The notes: generated by a model from the letters alone, not told the origin. A stretch of DNA of 63,366 bases, filler included, from Octopus bimaculoides (GCF_001194135.2; 6 parts of 5 records of this genome joined end to end with filler, not necessarily neighbours in it); one strand, 5' to 3'; counted from the whole stretch's first letter, positions 13,001 to 24,643 are shown. Numbers and translations: made by a program.

Positions 13001-13290
13001 TTAGACCATCTTTGTTGCCTACCCAGAAAAATTTCTATTTTCGTCTTTTACCTGCAAGCAGTCTAGCTCTTGGACACAACATATATCTAAATGTCTCTAC
13101 CCAAGTGTTTCAACTATCTCACCAGACCTACCTTTCATTGTGCCAATGCTGATTGTAGCAGCTCTGAACTTGTGGAGCCGAGAATGTTGAAGAGATGTTT
13201 TCAGCTTCTCTAAAGAAAAAGATCTTTAGGGTCACATGCCTGGAGGCAGCAGGTCCTTGTGCATAATGTGAAAAATAACGTTATGATTGC
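10038..13290 (-). mobile_element. Near full-length decayed RTE-clade LINE (APE endonuclease + RT)
   Basis: APE motifs VISAYAP and IMAGDLNGHVG (12597-12968); RT motifs KVRV...FGVQVGVHQGS and LYIDGL at the YADD position; post-RT DNFCFLGGQISSGGGC..VIARIRLGW; (GAT)n tail at about 10038-10056. Many stops, frameshifts and internal deletions. Confidence 0.92.
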
Positions 13291-13761
13291 AGTTTCAATT
13301 TCCTCCAGTCCTGGAAAGCCATCATGAGCGTACACATACATTATAATTATGTTCACAGATATATGTGGGTTGGTGGGAGGGAAAAGAGGATTCATTTGAT
13401 ATCACATAACAAAATGTCCCTCCACAAATTTTACCGACAGAAGCTGAAAATTACTTATCTATCAATAAAGATACATTTGTTTTTCATAATCCATAATATC
13501 ATAGAGGGGAAGAGAGAATTAAATTTGGCAGGAGCTGGAAGTTATTTGCCTATCAACAGAAAATAGAGATATTATGACCATTCTACACATAAGGAAAGAG
13601 AAGGAAAGATAGAGAGTTTCACTGATGGCAATTAGGACTGAAGGAAATTTTTTAGCAATTAAATAATCACATAATTAAGGGCTACAATGGCTGAAGAAAA
13701 AGAAAAAAGGAAAATATAATAAATAATAGAATAAAACAGTTTGCTTAACTTATCGTTCCAG

Positions 13762-13802
13762 CACTGATCTTGTGTGGACAGGTCTCTACAAGGCTACGTA
13801 CG
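13762..13802 (+). CDS. Candidate short internal exon (donor at 13797 or 13802)
   Basis: Acceptor ttatcgttccag|. Reads ALILCGQVSTRL (phase 1/1, donor C|gtacgg after 13797) or TDLVWTGLYKATY (phase 2/1, donor G|gtaaaa after 13802). Both are compatible with the 16110 exon. Confidence 0.25.
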
Positions 13803-15194
13803 GTAAAAGACATACTACATAGCATATTGACATTAAACCCAAAGCTATGTGGTTTTAAAGTGAACTTAACCATACAGTTATACTTATGACTATTAACAAT
13901 ATGTAGTAGCACTGAATGTTGTAGTATTGTAGTTGGCAATGGAAGTGGGGAAGGAACATTTATATAAGTTTAACTTTTTAATGAAAGAGAAAGTGAGCCC
14001 TGCTCATAGCTCTATATAATCCCAAAGGTAGGTGGACAATGTACAAGATGTATACAACTGGTGCATTGTGAGATGACAATCTTTTGATTAAAGGGATATA
14101 TTATTTGATGCAGGATTTACAGTACTTTTTATTTACAGTAGAAGTGATGATCAAAGTATGCTGTTGAATGGAAATGGTCCAAAGTATAAGTGAGATACAT
14201 GGCTACCTTTTGAATGTGGTCCACTCAATGAAGATTGCAATTCCAGATGTTATGATATTCTAAGTCAGGCTTTGTAAAGGGTTAAAATATATTTATCTGC
14301 TCTGAATGGAAAACCAAATCCTCTGAATTAAGCTTTAGCAATGTTGATAATTGAGAATTCACAGGTGAGTTAAGGAGAATAAGAAATATTTCCAGTTTGG
14401 CATGTTTCATATTCCTCCTACATGTATGTACGCAGTTGCAGTTAGCTATGCACAAACATCCATACAACTTCACTGTATACATATACATAAATATACATAC
14501 TCTTATACAAACATATGTAGACAGTTGAGTGTGTACATAGACACTCAAATATATATCTGTGTACACACTGAATGTATTTGTATGCACATATCCATATTGA
14601 CAGATACACACAACTGTACACAACTTCACATGTATACATATACATATATCATCTTAACATCCTAAAAAGGAAGGATGAGTATGAAAAAGTTGTGATGAAA
14701 AAGACATTTGCACACATGCTGCTGCAGCCAATATGTAATTGTATGCACACAAGACAGATATAAATTTATACATATCACTGAATCCATTTATACACAATTT
14801 GTGTACACAAAACTTACCACAGTATTTCTAAATATATTAATCATGCATGTAAATATACATATAACATTATATACACATACATGTCACTGTTTTCACACAT
14901 AGATACTCACAACTGCATTTACACATGCAAATGTATATATACATCACAGCAGCCACACACAAACTCTATTACCAAAATAGTATTGACACTTAATTGAATA
15001 GTTATGAGAGAAAAATGTCTACTTGGATATGATGCTGATCTATCAAAAGTAAATTTTTCTTGAAGAACCTAATATTATTCTTCAAATCTAGGGTAACTGA
15101 GGTACAAAAGTAAGGTAACTGATTCAAAGTTACAAATAAATTACTAGTTACAGATTTGAACATACAACGATGACTTGATATTTTCCATTATATA

Positions 15195-15447
15195 AAAAAA
15201 TAATGCGCCCTTTTAAAGCCGAGCCAGGCTCATGGGCCCAGTTTCCTGGTTTCAATGGCGTATGTGTTGCCCAGCTTGACGGGATGCCAGTCCATCACAG
15301 CGTTACTCATTTTCACCAGCTGAGCTGGAGCAATGTGAAATGAAGTGTTTTGTTCAAGAATGCAACATGTCGCCTGGTCCAGGAATCGAAACCACTTTCT
15401 TAGGATCATGATGCTGACACCCTAACCACTAAGCCATGCACCTCCAC
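15195..15447 (-). mobile_element. tRNA-derived SINE, family C, with a 15-bp target-site duplication
   Basis: Head GTGGAGGTGCATGGCTTAGTGGTTAGGG...GGTTTCGATTCCTGG on the minus strand. TSD ATTTTCCATTATATA at 15180-15194 and 15448-15462. Confidence 0.9.
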
Positions 15448-16109
15448 ATTTTCCATTATATACAGAGAATCAAATTGGTATAATATTGATATTTCAGAGT
15501 ACCTTACTCAGAGCATCTAACTTGTTTCATACTTTTCCAGCAATGTTTTTAGTCACTTTTTGCAATGAGATAACATCAAGATTCTGTGTAATTGCTAGTG
15601 GTGGCAGTCGCATTGTTGTTGTTGCTATATAACTAGCAATATATGCACCCCTGCAACACATACACTCTGAACACTACATCCTCACTCATGTCCTCACTCA
15701 CCAACATCCAAAATCCATTAATGTGTTGTGTCCTTTTGAATCTTCTGTCAATTCTACGACAGTCTTTGCTGAATTTGATAATTTGCAACAACCACAGCTA
15801 CTTGAACCAAATGAAAATATTTAAAACTAATTTCTTTTTCTGCATCTTCAATTCTGAACTAATCCCTTTGCCCAATCTTTCCCTTCCAAAATTGTTTTCT
15901 GAAACTCCCTTCCTGCCTACATTTTCATTCCAACCATATTTTCCATCCAAACTAGGCATCAGCTTTATTGAACTTCCCAATCTACTCTCCACGAAATATA
16001 TTTAGTATAAATTTGTACTAACATTCAAAATGCTGTCAAGTTTCACACTTTTATACTATTCATTCAAGTCAAATTTCACACTTTTATATTGTTCATTCAA
16101 ATTTTTCAG

Positions 16110-16411
16110 TTGTCTTAGACGAAACACCTTCAACCACACTAACAGAGCAGTTATCAAGAATAACTTCAACAAGTATATGGAGAAAGGAAAAGCTACATTC
16201 AAACATAAGTATGATATCAAACTGTACAGATAGAATAATTACTGAAACAACTATACCATACTGGATTTACATTACTTTGGTGTTGCTGATTCTGATTTAC
16301 ATTGTGATGGGATGTTTATGTTGGATTCACTACAAAAGAAATATTTACATTAATACTGAAAGCTTCATATGTAATAAAAACCTCCTCAAACATGAAAACA
16401 TTGAAATTTGA
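16110..16411 (+). CDS. Candidate terminal coding exon of a single-pass membrane protein (Ser/Thr-rich stalk, transmembrane helix, short tail)
   Basis: Acceptor aaatttttcag|TT (phase 1). Stop-free VLDETPSTTLTEQLSRITSTSIWRKEKLHSNISMISNCTDRIITETTIPYWIYITLVLLILIYIVMGCLCWIHYKRNIYINTESFICNKNLLKHENIEI*, with a hydrophobic ~21-mer followed by YKR. AATAAA at about 16487. Confidence 0.6.
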
Positions 16412-16619
16412 TGAAAACTCTTTTTTTTTTTCTTTCAATGGAGAGGGGGTACATGTTTAAAGTTTCTTCCCATATAAATACAAAAGAATAAAATGGATCT
16501 ACACTATCACACAAACTGCTACAAATAACAACCAAATTTCATTCAGATTACACACTTCACTTTTAAGTGCATATTATATGTCTTTAGCAAGGAAATTACA
16601 TTAGTTGCTGTCATGCTAC

Positions 16620-16854
16620 TGTAGGGCATTGCCTGTGAACTCATAAGAGATGAACTGTAGATGAGACCTTTACTGCAGACTAGTTATCAAACTAGATGGC
16701 AGAAAAGGGACTTCTGGTAAGGTAACAAATGAAACCCAAACTTGAACGGTGGATTGTATTCCTCTCACATTGTAGATGATTAACACAGAATAAACAACAA
16801 TTCAGCACATTCTCATTTGTGGTTATTTTTACATATAGCTTAACTAAAGCTATA
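16620..16854 (+). repeat. 5' LTR of the Gypsy element
   Basis: Starts TGTAGGGCATTGCCTGTGAAC, ends AAAGCTATA, contains AATAAA, and aligns to 20411-20649. Confidence 0.92.
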
Positions 16855-16868
16855 AGTGGTGATCCCAA
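16855..16868 (+). promoter_or_regulatory. Primer-binding site, resembles the tRNA-Trp PBS (TGGTGACCCCGA)
   Basis: AGTGGTGATCCCAA lies immediately after the 5' LTR; partial match only. Confidence 0.55.
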
Positions 16869-19800
16869 AATAGAAGAAGACACATGAACATGTAATCATA
16901 GCAAGTGAGAATGCTGTTGTGCTTAAGCTCACACAATTCAGGCCAAAATGAACCAAAGTATGTTTTGCACAAGCTGAGGCACAGTTCAACATCACCTTGT
17001 ACCTGATAAAATATTCTTGTATAACAGCTGCCTTGAATGAGGATACAGCAACAAGGGTGCTATACATCCTAATCAGACCACCAATTACTCACAAATATGA
17101 GACTATAAAAAATAGACTCATAGAAACATTCCAGTTTAGTGATTGAGAATTGGATATGGCTGGGTTAAGTGATTCTAAGCCTTCCTAATAGAAAGGATGC
17201 TGGCATTAGTGCCCCCTGGTGAGTCCCCTTGTTTTTTACTTAGGGAAATACTCCTCTGTAAATTGCCACCCCAGGTCCAATCCCTTATAACTCAGCCTGA
17301 GATCAAGGACCTGTGATAGTTAGTGAGAGCAGCTGGCAAACGTTTTTTGTCTAGTGGAGTTATAATCAACACGATAAGGTTAGCCCTGAGACATGGTGAG
17401 GTTACACGAGACAATTTGTGGTTTTATCACAAAAAGTCTGGAACAAGAGCTACCAAGTGTAAACAACTACGCAGCTTCAAGAGCTCTTTGTCATTGAATG
17501 CAGGAAACTCCAGGGCTGGCCACTATTAAAACACTCTGGTGGTCAGCAGACATGATCAACTGTTCCTGTATATCCACTATCAGATCTCTGTTCAAAGATT
17601 CCTAATTGACACAGGAGTAGAAGTCAGTATTATTCCAGCATCTGCAAAGGACCTCCATTATGGAGAGCAAGGTCAACCTTTAGCAGCCACCAATGGTTCC
17701 ACAATCAAAGTGTATAGATGCTGCTTTCCCTCCTTTCATATCAGCTCACAAATATATACATAGGCATTCACTGTCACTGATGTCCATCACTCTATTATCG
17801 GAGCAGACTTTCATCAGGTCCACTCACTGCTGATCAATCTTCAAGGGAGATGACTCATCAACAGCAACGCCTATGCCTCTGTTTCACTGACAACATCTGC
17901 ACATGCTGCCCCTCACAAAGCAGCCATCTTTCAGACCAATAACGAGTTCTTACCCCTCCTTGTGAACTGCCCAAATCTCACTACTCTGACATTCTCCAAA
18001 CCTACAACTCACCATGGAGTAAAACACTAGATCCCAACTACCAACCCTCCAGTACATAGTTACACACATCCTCTACCACCAGACAAACTTGCTATTGTGA
18101 GGGCCAAGTTCAACAACATGGATGCTTTGGGTATTGTTCATTGATCAAGCAGTACGTGATCATCACCTCTACATGTGACACCAAAACTCAATGGAAGTTG
18201 GTGGACCTTGTGGAGATTATCGCCATCTCAAAACAAACACTACACCCAACCACTACCCCATTCCACATATGCAAGACTTCTGAGCCCAGTTAACCAGGTA
18301 CTCAATTTTCTTCAAAATCAACCTTATCCAAATACCTGTACCACCAAACACCTGTATGAGATGGTGCTGTTCCTAAACTGAATTTCTGCATAGATTCTTA
18401 GGCCTAAAAAATATAGCCCAATCCTTTCAATGCTTGATGGATACTGTGTGTGTCGATCTAGACTTTGTTTTCGTATACCTAGAAGACATCCTTATTGCAA
18501 GCCAAAATGCAGAGCTACACAAGTGATCCTTTTTAATAGACTGAAACAATATAGTTTGGTAGTCAACCCTGCCAAGTGTGTCTTTGGTAAGGAAATAAAC
18601 TTTCTTGGACATCAAATCACAGGTGCTAGCACTACATCCCTACCAGAAAAATTGAAAGCTATCTTATCATTTCCACACCTCACCACAAGCATGACTCTGT
18701 ACCAATTTGTGGATATGGTAAACTTTTATCAACATTTCATCCCTTCTATGGCAAGATTGATGAGACCTCTGTACAATGCATTATCAAGAGAAAGTTTTTA
18801 AAAATAGGTGAAATCCACGAAAGAAGCTCTTGCTAAAGCAACCATGATTTCCCATCCTCATATGTCAGCATTGACTGCATTCACAGCCGCTGGAAGTATT
18901 TTGGAACAATACATCAATGGTCAGTGGTGACCTCTGGGCCTTCTTCAGTCAACAAATATGACCACCTGAACAGAAATGTAGCATTTTCAACAGGGAACTG
19001 TTAACCACCCATCTATGTGTCCACCACTTTCACTACTTTCTGGAAGGTGTTCACAAACCACTAACCACTAACCTTTGCTATGAGCAAGCTATCAGAGCTA
19101 TGGTCAGTACACCAGCAGTGACAGTTATCAGCCAGTTCTGAGTACACTACAAACATTCAGCACCTATTTGGAAAAAGCAACTTAGTCACTGATGCACTCT
19201 CTTGAGCACCTACCTACTCTGATGCCTAAAAGGCTATGGCCACAGCTCCACAAAGAGATGATGACATCAGAGCCTACTGCACCACCATCACTTCTTTCCT
19301 GACTTTGGCTCCAACAGAACAACCATACTTTCTACCAGGAAGCCACAACCAATTGTCCCTGGTGCTAAAAAGATTTTCCCACCTGGATACCTGAGCCACA
19401 CAGCACCTGATGTCATGCAAATTCATCTGGCACGAGATGATCAAGCAAACTAGGGAGTGGGCCAAAACTTGTATACCCTGCCAAAAAGCCAAAATCCATC
19501 ATCATACCTAAGCACCTCTTGGTAGCTACGAACCCCCACAGGCCTGTTTCAGTCATGTCAACATTGACCTCATTGGATCCCGACCACCTTCACTTGGTTG
19601 CTCATATCTACTAACAATAGTGGACCACTTCACACATTGGCCTAAGACCTCTCTGCATCATAGAAACACCGGAAATCACCTGCATCTTCATCACAAATGG
19701 GTTGCTCATTTCAGTGTCTTAGATAGCATCTCATCTGACTGCAAACCTCAGTTCACTCTAGAGTTGTGGAATGATGTGTGAAGCACACAACAGTCTGCCA

Positions 19801-20410
19801 CCCCAATGTAGAGAGATTTCACTGCTGCTTGAAGGAATCCCTTACAACCAGAGTTAACTGGCTCAACTGCATCAACCAACTTTCATGGGTAATGCTGGGA
19901 ATTTGCACTGCCCTAGAGGAAGACCTCAACACTTCTTCCACAGAAATTGTGTATGGTATCTCTACAGTGCTGGGGGAATTCATTCCAATCACTAAATCAG
20001 ATCCAAATATCAAAGGTATCTTGAGCAACTGAGAGACAACATGAACCAGTAATACCCTATTCCCATGTCAACACATGATACACGTAGGTCCTCTGTGCCA
20101 TATGACCTCCACAAAGTGAAGTTTGTTTTTGTTCATCACATTGAATGATGAAAACCCCTTCAACCACCCTATGATGGACCATAAAATGGGATTCATCCAA
20201 TGTTGCCATCAACAGACTGAAACCAGCCCAACTCAATATTCACAGCTCCATTCAAGTAGCTCAACCACCAAACAAAGGCCATCCTAGCCAGGTCACACTG
20301 ACCCCTGACAATGAACAGTTGCCAAAGAGTCAAGTAAGTATACACATGGGCAAGGTGGTAAAAACAACTTACCAGTTCCAATGACAGCCAACAGTTCTGA
20401 TGGGAAGCTA

Positions 20411-20649
20411 TGTAAAGCATTGCCTGTGAACTTGTAAGACATGAACTGTAGAGGAAGACCTTTACTGAAGACTAGTTATCAAACTAGTCAGCAGAAAAAG
20501 AACTTCTAGTTAGTTGGCAAATGAGACCCAGCCTTGAATGGCAGATCACACTCTCTCTCTCACATTATAGATGATTAACATAGAATAAACAACGTTTCAA
20601 CACTTTTTCATTTGTGGTTATCTTCATGTGTAGCTTAATAAAAGCTATG
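20411..20649 (+). repeat. 3' LTR of the Gypsy element
   Basis: Starts TGTAAAGCATTGCCTGTGAAC after a decayed polypurine tract (GGGAAGCTA) and ends AAAGCTATG. Confidence 0.92.
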
Positions 20650-20676
20650 CTATGTTAATTAGCTTTTTTACCTTAA

Positions 20677-20897
20677 CCCTTTTTTTACTGTATTTATTTT
20701 GAGATGCTCTGTGTTTCTTTCAATAACTTTTAAAAAAAACAAATAATTTAGTGAAATAACTTAGTTATCATTCAGCTAGTGTTAGGAACATAAATTGTGA
20801 CTAAGGTTTGGTGGAAGATTTTAATTCAAAACTTATGAAAACAAGCCATTTGTACTCAGAGCCAGAGTTGGTTTCAGCCCAGTTGGTAACGAAAGGG
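20677..20897. mobile_element. piggyBac-like non-autonomous MITE
   Basis: TTAA on both sides (20673-20676 and 20898-20901); termini CCCTTTTTTTACT and GGTAACGAAAGGG. Confidence 0.75.
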
Positions 20898-21554
20898 TTA
20901 AGTAGGTTTTCTCATTCATTAGGTAAGTTTTCTCTTACATTCAATTTCTCTTTCAGTCTTTAAATGTGAAGGAAAAAAAAGTAAATGTTAGATGAGACTT
21001 TAACCCACATATTCAGATAAATTACAAGAAATTAGGTGCTGAATAACCAATTAAAACTATATCCATGTAGCATCATATTCTTTTAAGATTAATCTTACTG
21101 TCTACTCTTGTTTTTATTCACAATTACATTGAATATTTTTCAAAAACTAAATGGGTTTTATTTTTGTTTAGTGGACTACAATTTTTATACTTTTATACTC
21201 TTATTTAAATATATTCACAACAAATGTATAAACAAATCTTTTTTTTCATGATATATATATATTTTTTTCACAACTTTTAATTATCAGAAATTCAGAGATC
21301 TGAACAATAAATATGACCTATAACTTATAGGTTCATTTAAGTACTATTGAACATGAGATGTACAGTATCATTTATAACAAGATTAAATGTCTATATTAAG
21401 AACACAATAGAACATAATTGAAAGCTAATTGTTGATTCTTTAGGTGCTAAACCAAACATTAATACAATAGTTAGTAAGATACCTAAATAGAACATTAAAA
21501 ACATAATTACTTAATTAGATATTGTTATACATACAATTGAAAAGAATCAGAATT

Positions 21555-21556
<2 letters not shown>

Positions 21557-21614
<58 letters not shown>
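21557..21614. repeat. (GT)n microsatellite
   Basis: Directly visible. Confidence 0.97.
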
Positions 21615-21617
<3 letters not shown>

Positions 21618-21699
21618 ATAACAATCTATCTGTGGAGACACAGAAATACTCTTGATTGGTGTCAATGCAAGTAGTAAAACAATCAGGAATGAGGGACCC

Positions 21700-22035
21700 C
21701 AAACTGTTGTCATAGCATTCTGAAGTTGCATGTGATTGCTGGTCATCTTACTTTGTCCTGTCATAAGAACTAATCCCAGAGATTCAGAGAATGGTATTTT
21801 ATAGTAATAGAAATAATCCAGAGATGTACAGACATCTCTTTATGGTGACCTTACTCATCAAGCATGCAGACCTAATCAGTTGGAAATGCACTTTAGTTAC
21901 AACTTTCATCTGTCACCTATACTCCAAACCATACAGCTCTACAACAGGACTGAATAGTCATCTGAGATGTTACAGATGGAAAGTTACAAATGCTATTGAA
22001 AATGAGGAAACACAAGGAGATGGCAATCAATCAAT
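21700..22035 (+). mobile_element. Possible 3' end of an RTE/BovB-type LINE (decayed C2H2-like finger)
   Basis: TTFICHLYSKPYSSTTGLNSHLRC resembles the C-terminal F.C..C...C.S..GL.SH.R motif of RTE ORFs. Followed by a (CAAT)n tail-like repeat. Confidence 0.45.
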
Positions 22036-22060
22036 CAATATATATATATATATATATATA

Positions 22061-22160
22061 NNNNNNNNNNNNNNNNNNNNNNNNNNNNNNNNNNNNNNNN
22101 NNNNTTAATTAATTAANNNNNNNNNNNNNNNNNNNNNNNNNNNNNNNNNNNNNNNNNNNN
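22061..22160. other. Artificial assembly linker (44 N + TTAATTAATTAA + 44 N)
   Basis: Exactly 100 bp and identical in design to four other linkers; the 12-mer places stop codons in all six frames. Confidence 0.95.
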
Positions 22161-22258
22161 GACCCTAAGCCACGCACATTCACACAACCAATCTTCACCA
22201 TGATTCTATTTATACGTGTGCTTTAAAGCACAAAACAAAAGAACAAAAAGTTACTTAC

Positions 22259-22331
22259 CGTTAGAAAGTTTTGTTTCCTCCTTGGATTTTTCACCAAGGA
22301 GGCTATTGTACAATTTCTTGCACAAATATTT
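22259..22331 (-). CDS. Candidate short exon (73 nt)
   Basis: Donor ACG|gtaagt is strong, acceptor gattccag| is weak. Open frame KYLCKKLYNSLLGEKSKEETKLSN. Confidence 0.25.
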
Positions 22332-22420
22332 CTGGAATCCCCCTACCGAGTTGGGGTAGAGGGATTTTATTGTGTTGTGTAATGCTGGTGTTACATGATA
22401 AATTTTAATATGTTTTGGCG

Positions 22421-22475
<55 letters not shown>

Positions 22476-22478
22476 CTA

Positions 22479-22655
22479 ACTTGGAAATGGATGCGCGGCG
22501 TTCAATCATATAATAATATAAATGAACAGTACAGGGTAGATCGCATCAAAATTATTAAGATAAACTTACTTGGAAATATATATTTTATTTATATTATTAT
22601 ATGATTGAACTCCACGCATCCATTTCCAAGTAAGTTTATCTTAATAAGTTTGATG
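22479..22655. repeat. Interlocked inverted repeats (45 bp and 34 bp)
   Basis: 22479-22523 vs 22587-22631 (2 mismatches); 22544-22577 vs 22622-22655 (1 mismatch). Confidence 0.9.
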
Positions 22656-22669
22656 TATATGTATTTGTG

Positions 22670-22880
22670 TACCTGTGTTTGTCCCCCTCCCCCAACATCG
22701 TCTGACAACCGATGTTGGCGTGTTTACGTCTCCGTAACTTAGCGATTCGGCAAAAGAGACCGATAGAATAAGTACTAAACTTACAAAGAGTAAGTCCTGG
22801 GGTAGATTTGTTCGACGACTAAAGGCGGTGCTCCAGCATGGCCGCAGTCAAATGACTGAAACAAGTAAAAGAATAAAAGA
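22670..22880 (+). mobile_element. SINE family A, 3' half
   Basis: GACAACCGATGTTGG...GATAGAATAAGTACT...CCAGCATGGCCGCAGTCAAATGACTGAAACAAG. Confidence 0.9.
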
Positions 22881-23058
22881 ATATATATATATACATACAT
22901 ACCTGCATGCATACTTATAAACACACGCGATCATATGCATGACTTACATCTCTCTCTTTTTCTCTCTCTCTCTCTCCCTCTATATATATATATAATATAT
23001 ATGTGTGTGTGTGTGTGTGTGTGTNNNNNNNNNNTCTCTCCCTCTATATATATATATA

Positions 23059-23097
<39 letters not shown>

Positions 23098-23329
23098 GGT
23101 GTGTCGGTGTGTATATATATGTATAATGTACCCGTATACACATACATGCACATACATAGTAAAATGCAACTTAGCAATCGATAATTGCAAACGAAACTGA
23201 AGTCCACCTCTTTTCGCTTTCGGTAAATCTGTGTCGAAGGGGAAAATAGGAAATCTGCACGAGGCATGGCTGAACTCGTTGCGTGAATAATACACGGCGG
23301 CAGACAAAGTCATTTCCGAGACTATAGAT

Positions 23330-23392
23330 GAGGACGATGATGATGGTGGCGATGATGACGATGATGACGATGATGATGATGATGATGAGGGC

Positions 23393-23432
<40 letters not shown>

Positions 23433-23458
23433 GTGATGATGGTGATGTTAATGATGAC

Positions 23459-23494
<36 letters not shown>

Positions 23495-23500
23495 AATGAT
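23330..23500. repeat. (GAT)n microsatellite
   Basis: Directly visible; source of the poly-Met ORF artefact. Confidence 0.97.
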
Positions 23501-24109
23501 GGGTTACATTATTCAACGAAAGGGATTGTAATATACATTGAGATATAACCATGTATGTCTATAAACGCACAACACAGGCAACACATACACACACACACAN
23601 NNNNNNNNNNNNNNNNNNNNNNNNNNNNNNNNNNNNNNNNNNNNNNNNNNNNNNNNNNNNNNNNNNNNNNNNNNNNNNNNNNNNNNNNNNNNNNNNNNNN
23701 NNNNNNNNNNNNNNNNNNNNNNNNNNNNNNNNNNNNNNNNNNNNNNNNNNNNNNNNNNNNNNNNNNNNNNNNNNNNNNNNNNNNNNNNNNNNNNNNNNNN
23801 NNNNNNNNNNNNNNNNNNNNNNNNNNNNNNNNNNNNNNNNNNNNNNNNNNNNNNNNNNNNNNNNNNNNNNNNNNNNNNNNNNNNNNNNNNNNNNNNNNNN
23901 NNNNNNNNNNNNNNNNNNNNNNNNNNNNNNNNNNNNNNNNNNNNNNNNNNNNNNNNNNNNNNNNNNNNNNNNNNNNNNNNNNNNNNNNNNNNNNNNNNNN
24001 NNNNNNNNNNNNNNNNNNNNNNNNNNNNNNNNNNNNNNNNNNNNNNNNNNNNNNNNNNNNNNNNNNNNNNNNNNNNNNNNNNNNNNNNNNNNNNNNNNAT
24101 ATATATAGT

Positions 24110-24599
24110 AATGTCTATTTGCCAACGCAACGTGTACATTTTAACCGCAGGAAAACATCTTTTCCAGCTGGCTACCGACACATGTTTTGGAGCTAAAAAG
24201 TAATAACATCGTCCTGCGTAGGGTTATAGAAGCAATAGCATGAGTCCTTAGGTGCAATCCTGCGTAGATCCATGTAGGTTAAAATTCTAATATAATAGAC
24301 ATCGCGGGGGAAAACGACGCCAACGTATCAACGTTCAATAACAGAATATTATGACTTATGCTCATGTTTCTATAACTTCGGAAAATTGAACTATGAACTT
24401 TTATACTTGTTTTTTCTTCTTTCTTTCCATCTCCAAATTTTTTTTATTCTTTCTCTGTTTATTTCCTCGTGTTCCTCTCTGTTGAAGAGCGTAGGCTCAA
24501 AACGTAAAATACTTTCTCACCTTCCCGAGCGTTAAACTAATACACCTGTTTCTTGTTTATACACCTGTCTTCGTCTTTTGTTTTTCTGTAAATTTCAAC

Positions 24600-24600
<1 letters not shown>
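24110..24600 (+). mobile_element. Possible decayed Penelope-like 3' end with a minimal hammerhead-like motif
   Basis: Fragments resembling the GIY-YIG C-terminus (NRRKTSF, HVLELK), then a pyrimidine-rich UTR, then CTGTTGA-A-GAGC-GTAG-GCTC-AAAA-CG-TA at 24479-24506. Confidence 0.4.

Positions 24601-24643
<43 letters not shown>

Larger units (their letters stand above)
16620..20649 (+). mobile_element. Decayed Ty3/Gypsy LTR retrotransposon, complete structure
   Basis: Two ~235-bp LTRs. Gag end WFYHKK.GTRATKC, protease FLIDTGVEVSIIP, RT FVYLEDILIAS and KCVFGKEINFLGH, RNase H region, integrase WAKTCIPCQKAK / HVNIDLIG / VERFH. Domain order PR-RT-RH-IN. Approximate TSD CTAC/CTAT. Confidence 0.93.

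Noticed and set aside
22105-22116. TTAATTAATTAA as a biological motif or piggyBac site
   Set aside because: Always centred in an exact 100-bp N cassette, so it is an assembly linker.
22336-22370. Helitron 3' terminal hairpin
   Set aside because: No CTAG terminus at the expected distance on either strand.
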